43,276 bases of DNA, taken from Candidatus Uhrbacteria bacterium. Its GTDB lineage: Bacteria > Patescibacteriota > Patescibacteriia > SG8-24. The stretch is from contig JACQSM010000090.1 of NCBI GenBank assembly GCA_016205965.1, positions 1 through 43,276 of the forward strand, written 5' to 3'. Below are positions 1 through 8,025 of the stretch, piece after piece (position 1 is the first letter of the stretch; the number at the start of each line of letters is the position of its first letter). The position numbers and the translations under genes are program-made. Below the pieces are notes generated by a model. It was not told the origin of the DNA, made no database searches, and saw only the letters and a program-made list of their open reading frames with translations.

Positions 1-456
1 CAGCCCCGGCAGGTCCAGCGGGATGACGATCTCGAGATCTTCGGTCTCGGGAGCGCCATCGACTTCGATGGTGACGGTTCCCGGTTCGTCGGGATTGAGC
101 CGCCACTTGATGGCGACGGGGTCGACCGACTCCGGATCGGCCAGGATCGCGTCGCGCGTCAGGAAGATGATCTGATCGAGCTGGCGCGCATTGGTGCCGA
201 TCTCTTCCAGGGTGAACTTCCAGTCGGCGCAGAGGGCCTTGAGCTCCTGGATGTAGCGGACGCTTAGCCGCATCTCGGCTGTGGTCTTAGCTCGGGTGGT
301 GGCCCGGGCCTTGTGGACCAGCTGTCGGCAGCGCTGGAAGGCTTTCTGTCTGGCAGCGGCCAGGCGTTTTTTGCGAAGAACGTGGCGTACGGCCACGAAG
401 GCGAAGGGGGCAACGATGGCCACCGCCACCGCTGCCGCGATGACGGGTGGATTCAT
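1..456 (-). CDS. Hypothetical protein with N-terminal transmembrane helix (3' end runs off the window)
   Basis: ATG at 456 preceded by GAGGAGG; open frame to base 1: MNPPVIAAAVAVAIVAPFAFVAVRHVLRKKR...; not in the ORF track because no stop lies in the window. Confidence 0.7.
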   Translation of the reverse strand, partial: MNPPVIAAAVAVAIVAPFAFVAVRHVLRKKRLAAARQKAFQRCRQLVHKARATTRAKTTAEMRLSVRYIQELKALCADWKFTLEEIGTNARQLDQIIFLTRDAILADPESVDPVAIKWRLNPDEPGTVTIEVDGAPETEDLEIVIPLDLPGL

Positions 457-506
457 GGTTGCCTCCTCTTCGTGACGCTGCACCTTAGCTTATTACGGGC
501 GCCGCG

Positions 507-1124
507 TCAAGCCTTGGCGGGAGGCGTCGGGCTTTTCTCCGGGACGGCGGCCGGCGGAATGATGCCGTCGACCAGGCCCATCTTGAGCGCTTCCTGGGCA
601 CCAAACGCGCGTTCGTCGCGACACCATGAGCGGATCGCCCGGCGCGGCTGCTTGCAACGTTCGGCGAAGATGCCCTCGATGACGCCTTGCCGCGCCTTGT
701 TTTCGGTCACGACGCGGCGGAGATGCGAGAGTCCGGCCGAGCCATTGAACTCTTCGGTCACCTCGTGCAATAGGAGCGCTGAATGGGTTGTCATCAGCCG
801 ACGGTGGCCGGCCTGCGCGATCAAGGCACCGGCGGAATAGCCGCAGCCCACGATCTCCGTGGTGACGAGCACGGGCAGCCGAAGGATCGTGTCATGAATC
901 GCCAGGCCGCAAGCGACGAGTCCGCCGGGGGAATTGATCACCAGACGGATCGGATCATTGGAGACGGTCGCCAGCGTTTCGAGGTTGGTGATGAGCGCTT
1001 CAGCGGCGTTCCAATCGATCATGCCGCTGATGCGCAGAGTGCGGCCGAGGTCGAACGGATCGGGGCCTGCGGCGGCGGTCGGTGCGACAGCTGGTTCGGG
1101 GCCGTTCTTTTGTGAAGGTTCCAT
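507..1124 (-). CDS. clpP: ClpP-family (S14) serine protease subunit
   Basis: INSPGG, GCGYSAGA (catalytic Ser), LLLHE (His), EALKMGLVD; start set at the ATG at 1124 behind GGAGG. Confidence 0.85.
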   Translation of the reverse strand: MEPSQKNGPEPAVAPTAAAGPDPFDLGRTLRISGMIDWNAAEALITNLETLATVSNDPIRLVINSPGGLVACGLAIHDTILRLPVLVTTEIVGCGYSAGALIAQAGHRRLMTTHSALLLHEVTEEFNGSAGLSHLRRVVTENKARQGVIEGIFAERCKQPRRAIRSWCRDERAFGAQEALKMGLVDGIIPPAAVPEKSPTPPAKA

Positions 1125-1188
1125 GATGTCCTCCGTCAGCCAGTAAAGCATAATGACAGGAAAAGCCAACTGCGCTAGGCTCTAGCTT

Positions 1189-2469
1189 ATGCCGATTCCG
1201 AAGCATGTCGCCATTAAAGAAGGAAAGCTCCCGCCCGCGCCCGGCGTCTACCTGATGAAAGACGCCCGCGGGAAGATTTTGTATATCGGCAAAGCGACCT
1301 CGCTGCGTTCGCGGGTGTCGTCGTATTTCGTGCGTCCGGCCGACGACCGCATCGCCGCCATGGTCAAGAAGATCCGGAGCGTCGATTATCAAAAAACGCC
1401 GACCGCGGTCGAGGCGCTGGTGCTCGAGGCCAACCTGATCAAAAAGTTCCAGCCGCCCTATAACGTCATGGAGAAGGATGACAAGAGTTTTCTCTACCTG
1501 ACGTTCACCCGCGAGCCGTATCCGCGGCCGGTGCTGATCCGCGGCCATGAGCTGGCCCGCATGCCCAAGCGGCAGTTCCTGAAAGTTTTCGGCCCGTACC
1601 GCTCGGCCGCCGCCGTCGAGGCCGCGCTCGACATTTTGCGCAAAGCCTTCCCCTGGACGACCTGTCAGCCCGCCACGTCGCTCGCGAGCGACGTGGCCCG
1701 CCGCAAGCGTCCGTGCTTTTACCGCCATCTCGGCCTGTGCCCGGGCGTGTGCACCGGCGAGATCGCGCCGGCCGAGTATCGCAAGATCATCCGAGGCCTG
1801 ATGCGCTTCTTCGACGGCAAGTGGGTCGAGGTCATTCGCGATACCCGCAGCGCCATGAAAAAGGCCTCGGTCGAGGAACGCTTCGAGGAAGCGGCGACGC
1901 TGCGCAATCGCCTCTACCAGCTCCAACACATCCGCGACATCGCGGTGCTCACGCGCGACGATGCCCGGCTCGACGCCTCGATCAACATCTTCGGCCGGAT
2001 CGAGGGCTACGACATCTCGAACATCGGCGGCAAAGAGGCCGTCGGCAGCATGGTCGTGTTCGTCGACGGCCGGCCCAAGAAGAGCGAGTACCGCAAGTTC
2101 GCCGTCAAGACCGTGCGCGGCTCGAACGATACCGCTATGATGGAGGAAGTCCTGCGCCGACGATTCGGCCGCGGCGAAGATATGGGCGGCTGGCCCAAGC
2201 CGGATCTGCTCCTCGTTGACGGCGGCGTCGGCCAGATCAATGCCGCCAAGCGCGCCTTGCAAGCCGCCGGCCTGGCGATCCCGATCGTCGGCATCGCCAA
2301 GGGTTTCGATCGCAAGCAGGACGAACTCGTCTACGACAAGGCCGACTACGAGCTCGCCCGCCTGATTCTTGCTTTCAAGCCGATGCTCCAGCATCTGCGC
2401 GACGAGGCTCATCGTTTCGCCGTCAGCTATCACCGTAAACTCCGCGGCGAAGCATTTTTACCGAAATAA
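1189..2469 (+). CDS. uvrC: Excinuclease ABC subunit C (short form, no C-terminal HhH)
   Basis: GIY-YIG (PGVYLM...LYIGKA..LRSRVSSYF), Cys cluster, UVR coil (FEEAATLRN), RIEGYDISN, DGGVGQ, LRDEAHRFA. Confidence 0.93.
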   Translation: MPIPKHVAIKEGKLPPAPGVYLMKDARGKILYIGKATSLRSRVSSYFVRPADDRIAAMVKKIRSVDYQKTPTAVEALVLEANLIKKFQPPYNVMEKDDKSFLYLTFTREPYPRPVLIRGHELARMPKRQFLKVFGPYRSAAAVEAALDILRKAFPWTTCQPATSLASDVARRKRPCFYRHLGLCPGVCTGEIAPAEYRKIIRGLMRFFDGKWVEVIRDTRSAMKKASVEERFEEAATLRNRLYQLQHIRDIAVLTRDDARLDASINIFGRIEGYDISNIGGKEAVGSMVVFVDGRPKKSEYRKFAVKTVRGSNDTAMMEEVLRRRFGRGEDMGGWPKPDLLLVDGGVGQINAAKRALQAAGLAIPIVGIAKGFDRKQDELVYDKADYELARLILAFKPMLQHLRDEAHRFAVSYHRKLRGEAFLPK

Positions 2470-2470
2470 T

Positions 2471-2920
2471 ATGTATCTGATCGGCCACGCCGCCGTCGGC
2501 GTTCTTCTCGCCTCCGGCACAACTCACCCCGCCGCCGCCTTCGGGCTGGGCTGGCTTTCGCATTACGTGGCCGATTTCATTCCGCACGGCGACGAAGCGG
2601 TCGGGGAGTGGACCAAGCAGGGCAACCAAGTCGCCCGGCTCGCGATTCTCGTCGTCCCGGACTTGGCGCTGATCGCCGTCGCCCTGGCCGCCGACTTCGG
2701 CGTCCACGGCTTCGTGCCGTCTGTCATGGCCGCGGCCATAGGAGCCCTGGTGCCCGACGTCCTCTGGGGCCTGGAGATTTTCTTCAAACGCCGGCTCTTC
2801 GGCCCGCATCATGAATTCCACGACCGCAACCATAACTTTTTCCGCTGGAAGATCCCGTTCGGCTACGGGTTATGTCTCCAGGCCGCGCTGACGATCGGCA
2901 TGTGGCGCTGGATCATCTGA
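2471..2920 (+). CDS. Membrane protein with His/Asp motifs (putative metal-dependent hydrolase-like)
   Basis: ATG 2 nt after the uvrC stop; hydrophobic helices; GH, SHYVADFIPHGD, LVPD and FHDRNH motifs. Confidence 0.7.
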   Translation: MYLIGHAAVGVLLASGTTHPAAAFGLGWLSHYVADFIPHGDEAVGEWTKQGNQVARLAILVVPDLALIAVALAADFGVHGFVPSVMAAAIGALVPDVLWGLEIFFKRRLFGPHHEFHDRNHNFFRWKIPFGYGLCLQAALTIGMWRWII

Positions 2921-2944
2921 TCTTTTCAGAGCCCGTACGCGGCC

Positions 2945-2966
2945 GCCGCCCGCAGGGGCGGTTTTT
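2945..2966 (+). terminator. Intrinsic terminator after the uvrC operon
   Basis: GCCGCCC-GCAG-GGGCGGT followed by T-tract. Confidence 0.7.
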
Positions 2967-2983
2967 CGTTGCCGCGAAGAGTG

Positions 2984-3012
2984 TTGACTGGTGGCGAAAG
3001 GGGGAGTACAAT
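2984..3012 (+). promoter_or_regulatory. sigma70 promoter of the mraZ operon
   Basis: TTGACT (2984-2989), 17 bp, TACAAT (3007-3012). Confidence 0.8.
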
Positions 3013-3020
3013 ATACGTGT

Positions 3021-3050
3021 AGTGGGGAGAAATGGGGATAAGTGGGGATT
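3021..3050 (+). promoter_or_regulatory. MraZ-binding direct repeats
   Basis: Three TGGGGA units at 10-bp spacing (agtggggaga aatggggata agtggggatt) upstream of mraZ, matching the known GTGG/TGGG-repeat MraZ operator. Confidence 0.8.
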
Positions 3051-3112
3051 TTTTAAGAGACCCGCCTCGCTACGGTCTTTTTATCTCCGCCAGCTCCCCG
3101 CCTGTAACGACC

Positions 3113-3544
3113 ATGTTCATCGGCGAATACCAACACAACGTGGACGAAAAGGGGCGCCTGGCGATCCCGATGAAGTTCCGCAAGGAACTCAAGAAGGGCG
3201 CCGTGATCACGAGGGGACTCGATAACTGTCTCTTCGTCTTTACGTCTTCCGAGTGGAAGAAGCTGGCCGACAAGTTGGCCGCGCTGCCGATGAGCCAGTC
3301 GAACTCCCGCGCCTTCGCCCGCTTGATGCTCGCCGGAGCCATGGGCGTCGAACTCGACGGACAGGGGAGAGCGATCGTCCCGGAGTATCTTCGTCAGTAC
3401 GCCAAGCTCGGCAAAGAGGCGGTCGTCGCCGGCCTCTATAACCGCTTGGAAATCTGGGACAAGGCGGCGTGGGAGAAGTACAAAGCCGAGACCGAGAAGA
3501 ACTCGAACGACATCGCGGAGAAAATGGGTGAACTGGGAGTGTAG
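3113..3544 (+). CDS. mraZ: Transcriptional regulator MraZ
   Basis: MFIGEYQHNVDEKGRLAIP, TRGLDNCL, LDGQGR, RLEIWD. Confidence 0.97.
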   Translation: MFIGEYQHNVDEKGRLAIPMKFRKELKKGAVITRGLDNCLFVFTSSEWKKLADKLAALPMSQSNSRAFARLMLAGAMGVELDGQGRAIVPEYLRQYAKLGKEAVVAGLYNRLEIWDKAAWEKYKAETEKNSNDIAEKMGELGV

Positions 3545-3546
3545 TT

Positions 3547-4434
3547 ATGGCGGCATCGCACATCCCCGTCCTTTTGAAAGAAACCATCGAGCGCCTTTCG
3601 CTCAAGCCCGGCAGCAACGCCGTGGACGGTACGGTGGGGGCTGGCGGCCATTCGGCAGCCATCCTCGACCGCACCGCCCCCGACGGCAGGCTCCTCGGCC
3701 TGGACCTGGACGAAGCGGCGCTTGACTCGGCCCGGAGCGCGCTCAGACGACACGTTTCTCGCGTCATGCTTGTCCGCGAGAACTACAAAAACGTCCGGCG
3801 GGTCCTCCCCCCAGACTTCGGGCCGGTTCAGGCGGCGCTTCTCGATCTCGGATTTTCTTCGATCGAGATCGACGATCCGAGGCGCGGTTTCAGCTTCCGT
3901 TTCGACGGTCCGCTCGACATGCGCTACGACGGCAGCCAGGAGCTGGATGCCGCCGCCGTCGTCAATACCTGGAGCGTCGACGAGCTGTCGCGGATCCTCT
4001 GGGAATACGGCGAGGAACGCTTGGCCCGGCGCATCGCCGCGGCCATCGTCAAAGCGCGGCGCGAACGCCGGATCACCGGCACGCTGCACCTGGTCGACGT
4101 CATCGCTGGCGCGGTTCCGGCGGCATATCGCCGCGGCAAGATCCACTTCGCGACCCGTTCGTTCCAGGCGCTGCGCATCGCCGTCAACGACGAACTCGGC
4201 AATCTCAAGGAAGCCCTGCCCGAGTATCTCGATATCCTGGCCCCCGGCGGCCGTCTGGCGATCATCAGCTTTCATTCGCTCGAGGACCGCATCGTCAAAC
4301 GTTTTTTCAAAGATGCCGCCGATAAAAATATCGCCGCCGCGGTGACCAAGAAGCCCTTGATCGCGAGCGACGAAGAGAACGCGGCCAATCCGCGGGCCCG
4401 GAGCGCCAAGCTCCGCGTCATCGAAAAGCTTTAG
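3547..4434 (+). CDS. rsmH: 16S rRNA m4C1402 methyltransferase
   Basis: HIPVLLKE, DGTVGAGGH, DLGFSS, GPLDMR, ISFHSLEDRIVK, NPRARSAKLR. Confidence 0.96.
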   Translation: MAASHIPVLLKETIERLSLKPGSNAVDGTVGAGGHSAAILDRTAPDGRLLGLDLDEAALDSARSALRRHVSRVMLVRENYKNVRRVLPPDFGPVQAALLDLGFSSIEIDDPRRGFSFRFDGPLDMRYDGSQELDAAAVVNTWSVDELSRILWEYGEERLARRIAAAIVKARRERRITGTLHLVDVIAGAVPAAYRRGKIHFATRSFQALRIAVNDELGNLKEALPEYLDILAPGGRLAIISFHSLEDRIVKRFFKDAADKNIAAAVTKKPLIASDEENAANPRARSAKLRVIEKL

Positions 4435-4442
4435 ACAAAAAC

Positions 4443-4784
4443 ATGTCCGTCGCGTACGCCCGCAAATCGCAAGCCGCCAGCCAGCCCGGGTTCCTTCGTC
4501 CCGGAGCGGTGCTGGCTTTGAACATCGCCTTTCTCGTTTTTACGCTGATGCTCTTCGTGGCGTATCTGGCGATGAACAGCCGGTCGGCCGCCAACGGTTT
4601 CGTCATCAAGTCGATGGAGCGCCAAGTGGCCGAACTCCGCGACCAGCAGGAGAAGCTCAACATCGAAGCCGCATCGTCGAGGTCGATGGAGGAGATCGAG
4701 CGCCGCGTCGGCGAGCTCGGACTCGTGCCGGTCACTTCGGTGGAGTACGTCAACGTCGGCCAGAGCGCCGTCGCCATAAAGTAA
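4443..4784 (+). CDS. ftsL: FtsL-like bitopic membrane protein
   Basis: Position after mraZ-rsmH; one TM helix, coiled coil, IERRVGELGLVP tail. Confidence 0.65.
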   Translation: MSVAYARKSQAASQPGFLRPGAVLALNIAFLVFTLMLFVAYLAMNSRSAANGFVIKSMERQVAELRDQQEKLNIEAASSRSMEEIERRVGELGLVPVTSVEYVNVGQSAVAIK

Positions 4785-4796
4785 GACAATCAAGAA

Positions 4797-4856
4797 TCAG
4801 GAGGACGGCCTTCAGGCCGTCCTGCAGTCTGGGCGCCATGAATGGCGCCCTCCTGA
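4797..4856. repeat. REP-like inverted doublet (GGAG-foot hairpins)
   Basis: TCAGGAGGACGGCC-TTCA-GGCCGTCC and, on the opposite strand, TCAGGAGGGCGCCA-TTCA-TGGCGCCC. Confidence 0.6.
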
Positions 4857-4905
4857 CTATTTAGACTTTTATTAAGGCATATCGTCCTGCTATACTTGCC
4901 TTGCT

Positions 4906-5268
4906 ATGTCCGCCGCCGCCATCATTGCCGCCAACGTCTTCGGCTCTTTGGCCTCTTTTCCCGTGTGGTGGTACACGCGGGGCGCCTTGCGCATGGCCGG
5001 CAAGTGTTTCGGGCTGGTGCGCGAGCAGGCTCGCGATTACGGCGTCAACGTCTGGATCAAGAATCTGTTCGTGCCGATGTTCGGCCAGCGGGACATCTGG
5101 GGCAAGCTGATCAGCTTCTGGCTGCGCTCGACGATGATCATTTTTTACTCATTCCTCCTGTTGATGTTGAGCCTGGCGATGCTTGCCGCCATGGCCGCCT
5201 GGCTGGCGCTGCCGGCCGCGGCGGTGCTGGTCTTCCTCGGCCAAATCATCGGTCTGCTTCGCGCGTAA
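4906..5268 (+). CDS. Hypothetical membrane protein upstream of the Clp ATPase
   Basis: Hydrophobic ORF with FPVWWY and IKNLFVPMFGQRD motifs; TGCTATACT -10 just upstream; ends 4 nt before the next ATG. Confidence 0.75.
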   Translation: MSAAAIIAANVFGSLASFPVWWYTRGALRMAGKCFGLVREQARDYGVNVWIKNLFVPMFGQRDIWGKLISFWLRSTMIIFYSFLLLMLSLAMLAAMAAWLALPAAAVLVFLGQIIGLLRA

Positions 5269-5272
5269 GCCT

Positions 5273-8002
5273 ATGGCCTTGCTCACCTGTTCGCGCTGCA
5301 ACGGTTCCGGCTACGAAGGAAGGAAGCTCTGCCCGCAGTGCCGCGGCATGGCTTTCGGCATGACGCACGGGCCGTTCTTTCTTTATTGGGGCAAGCGCAT
5401 CGACGGTTTCGAGTTTACGGTGGCGCGGCTGCAGCGGGGCGCGGACGCCGTCGTCAATCTGTTGCTGTTCGCGCTGTTTTTCGGCGGGCTGATCGCCGCC
5501 GCTTTCAGCGTGCTCAACGCCGAACCGGGAACGGTTTTGACGACGGAATATTGGGACGTACCGCGAGGTTCGAGCGCTTTTTTCGCGCTCGGCGTTTTGG
5601 CGGCTTGCGTCGCGTACTATCGCCTGGTGATCGCCTCGGCCGATCATGAATCAGTCCGGCATCGCGCTTTCGGCGCCGATGAGTCGGCGCTGACTTTGCC
5701 GCCGGAACCGGAAACGTGGAAGAGCATCCGTTCCTTGCCGGCATCGGTAAAAATCGACGTCGCCAAGGCGTATTCGGCGGCCGCGCTCAAGGCGGTCGAG
5801 GATGCCTATGATCTGGCCCGGCGTCTCAAGCATGTCGAGCTTTCACCGGCCCACCTCTTCGGCGGCTTGGCGATCACCGGCCAGGTCGGCGTGCTCTTCG
5901 GACGGCTCGGTCTCCAGTTCGGCACGCTCAAAGACCGCATCGGCAAGCTTCTGGCCGGCCATCCGACCGGCGAATCGCCGACGACGCTCGCGGCCGCGGC
6001 CAGGCAGGTGCTGCTCGAAGCCTATGCCGACGCCTATGCGCATCGCCGTCCGCAAGTCGACGCCATCGATCTCTTCGGGGTGACGGTCCGCGGCGACGCC
6101 GAGCTCGGCGAGATCCTGCTCGATGCCGGCGCCGAACTCCGTAAAGTCGAGAACGCCGTCGAGTGGATCCGGATTCAAGAGTTGCTGCGCTCGCGCTATC
6201 GCCGTTTCGTCCGGGCGGCCCGGCGCAAACCGAAGTCGGCCATGAACCGGGCCATGACGGCCGTGGCCACGCCGTTCCTCGACCGTATCGGCCAAGACGT
6301 CACCCGGGCCGCCGCTTACGGCCAGATCGCGCCGGTCGTCGGCCGGGAGAAAGAGATCGATGCCGTGTTGCGCGTGATCGAGGGCGGCAACCGCAGCGTC
6401 GTGTTGGTCGGCGAGCCGGGCGTCGGCAAGGATGCCATCGTCGAAGCCTTGGCCCAGCGCATGGTCGAGGAGGACGTGCCCAAGATATTGGGCGACATGC
6501 GTCTGGTGAGCGTCAACGTGGCCATGCTGGTTTCGGGCGCGACCGCTTCGGAGGCCCAGGAGCGGCTGCTCTCGGCGCTCTACGAAGTCGGCCGGTCCGG
6601 CAACGTTGTGCTGGTCATTCCGCATGTCGCCGGCATGGTCGGCATCACCGCCGGCAGCGGCCAGGGGATCGATCTGGCGCAGACGTTCGCCGCCGAACTC
6701 GGCAAAGGATATTTTTTCGCCATCACCACGGCGACGCCCAAGGAATACGCCCAGTCGATCGAGAACTCGAGCCTGGGACAGTCGCTTATCAAAGTCGACA
6801 TCGGCGAGCCGGAGATCGACGAGGCCGTGCGCATCCTCGAAGCCAAGTCGGGATCGATCGAGTATCGGAATAATACCTTTTTTTCCTACGACGCCATCGA
6901 AGCGACGGTCACCTTGAGTAGTCGCTACATGCACGAGCAGTTCCTGCCGGAGAAGGCGATCGAGCTGGCCAAGGAGGTCGCCTCGGCGGTGCGCAAGACC
7001 AAGGGCAAGGACGCGCTTATTTCTCGCGAGGACGTGGCTGCGCTGGTGTCCGAAAAGACCAAGGTGCCGGTAACGTCGCTGACGACCGACGAATCGGCAA
7101 AGCTCTTGAATCTCGAGGGGCTGATGCACGGCCGGGTCATCGGCCAGGACGAAGCCGTCAAAGTGGTGGCGGCGGCGCTGCGCCGAGCCCGGGCCGAAGT
7201 CCGCGAGACCGGCCGGCCGATCGCCAATTTCCTGTTCCTTGGTCCGACCGGCGTCGGCAAAACCGAACTCGCCAAGACGCTGGCCGCAACCTACTTCGGC
7301 AAAGAGAACGCCATGATCCGTCTGGACATGTCGGAGTATCAGGACAAGCCTTCATTATATAAATTGATCGGCGAGCCGGCCGGGCGCGACTCCGGCGGTA
7401 TCCTTTCGGAAGCGGTCCGCAAAAATCCGTTCAGCCTGGTGCTGCTCGACGAGATCGAAAAAGCGCATCCGGACATCTTGAACGTCTTCCTCCAGGTCAT
7501 GGACGACGGCCGCCTGACCGATAACGTCGGCCGGACCGTCGACTTCACCAACGCCATCGTCATCATGACCTCGAACGCCGGCGCGCCGTTCATCCAGGAG
7601 GAGATCATCAAGGGTTCGTCGGTCGAAGTCATCAAGGAGCGTTTGCTGGCCGGCGAACTCAAGCAGCACTTCCGGCCGGAATTCTTGAACCGCTTCGACG
7701 CCGCCATCGTCTTCCGGCCGTTGACCGAAGAAGAGATCCGCCGGATCGCCGGACTGATGCTGGCCAAAGTCGCCGACCGTCTCAAAGAAAAGGGGATCGA
7801 GTTCGAGGCTACGCCCGAGGCCGTGGCCGAGCTGGCCAAGGCCGGCTACGACCCGATGTTCGGCGCTCGACCGCTGCGCCGCGTCATTCAGGAACGGGTC
7901 GACAACACCATCGCCGACGCCTTGCTGCGCGGCGACGTCAAACGCCGCGACAAGATCATCTTCGATGTCGGCGGCCAGGTCCGGATCGAAAAGAAATCGT
8001 AA
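5273..8002 (+). CDS. ClpA/B/C-family AAA+ ATPase with N-terminal Zn finger and TM helices
   Basis: CSRCNGSG...CPQCRG, two hydrophobic helices, Clp-N repeats, D1 GEPGVGKD, D2 GPTGVGKTELAK, LLDEIEKAHPD, FRPEFLNR, GARPLRR. Confidence 0.9.
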   Translation: MALLTCSRCNGSGYEGRKLCPQCRGMAFGMTHGPFFLYWGKRIDGFEFTVARLQRGADAVVNLLLFALFFGGLIAAAFSVLNAEPGTVLTTEYWDVPRGSSAFFALGVLAACVAYYRLVIASADHESVRHRAFGADESALTLPPEPETWKSIRSLPASVKIDVAKAYSAAALKAVEDAYDLARRLKHVELSPAHLFGGLAITGQVGVLFGRLGLQFGTLKDRIGKLLAGHPTGESPTTLAAAARQVLLEAYADAYAHRRPQVDAIDLFGVTVRGDAELGEILLDAGAELRKVENAVEWIRIQELLRSRYRRFVRAARRKPKSAMNRAMTAVATPFLDRIGQDVTRAAAYGQIAPVVGREKEIDAVLRVIEGGNRSVVLVGEPGVGKDAIVEALAQRMVEEDVPKILGDMRLVSVNVAMLVSGATASEAQERLLSALYEVGRSGNVVLVIPHVAGMVGITAGSGQGIDLAQTFAAELGKGYFFAITTATPKEYAQSIENSSLGQSLIKVDIGEPEIDEAVRILEAKSGSIEYRNNTFFSYDAIEATVTLSSRYMHEQFLPEKAIELAKEVASAVRKTKGKDALISREDVAALVSEKTKVPVTSLTTDESAKLLNLEGLMHGRVIGQDEAVKVVAAALRRARAEVRETGRPIANFLFLGPTGVGKTELAKTLAATYFGKENAMIRLDMSEYQDKPSLYKLIGEPAGRDSGGILSEAVRKNPFSLVLLDEIEKAHPDILNVFLQVMDDGRLTDNVGRTVDFTNAIVIMTSNAGAPFIQEEIIKGSSVEVIKERLLAGELKQHFRPEFLNRFDAAIVFRPLTEEEIRRIAGLMLAKVADRLKEKGIEFEATPEAVAELAKAGYDPMFGARPLRRVIQERVDNTIADALLRGDVKRRDKIIFDVGGQVRIEKKS

Positions 8003-8025
8003 TTGAAAAAACGCCCGCAAAATCC

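Noticed and set aside
3021-3050. Short tandem repeats as iterons or a CRISPR remnant
   Set aside because: Explained as MraZ operator boxes; no repeat-spacer array or cas gene in the window
507-8002. ClpP and the Clp ATPase as a cognate protease pair
   Set aside because: Separate transcription units on opposite strands 4 kb apart, and the ATPase lacks an IGF/LGF docking loop
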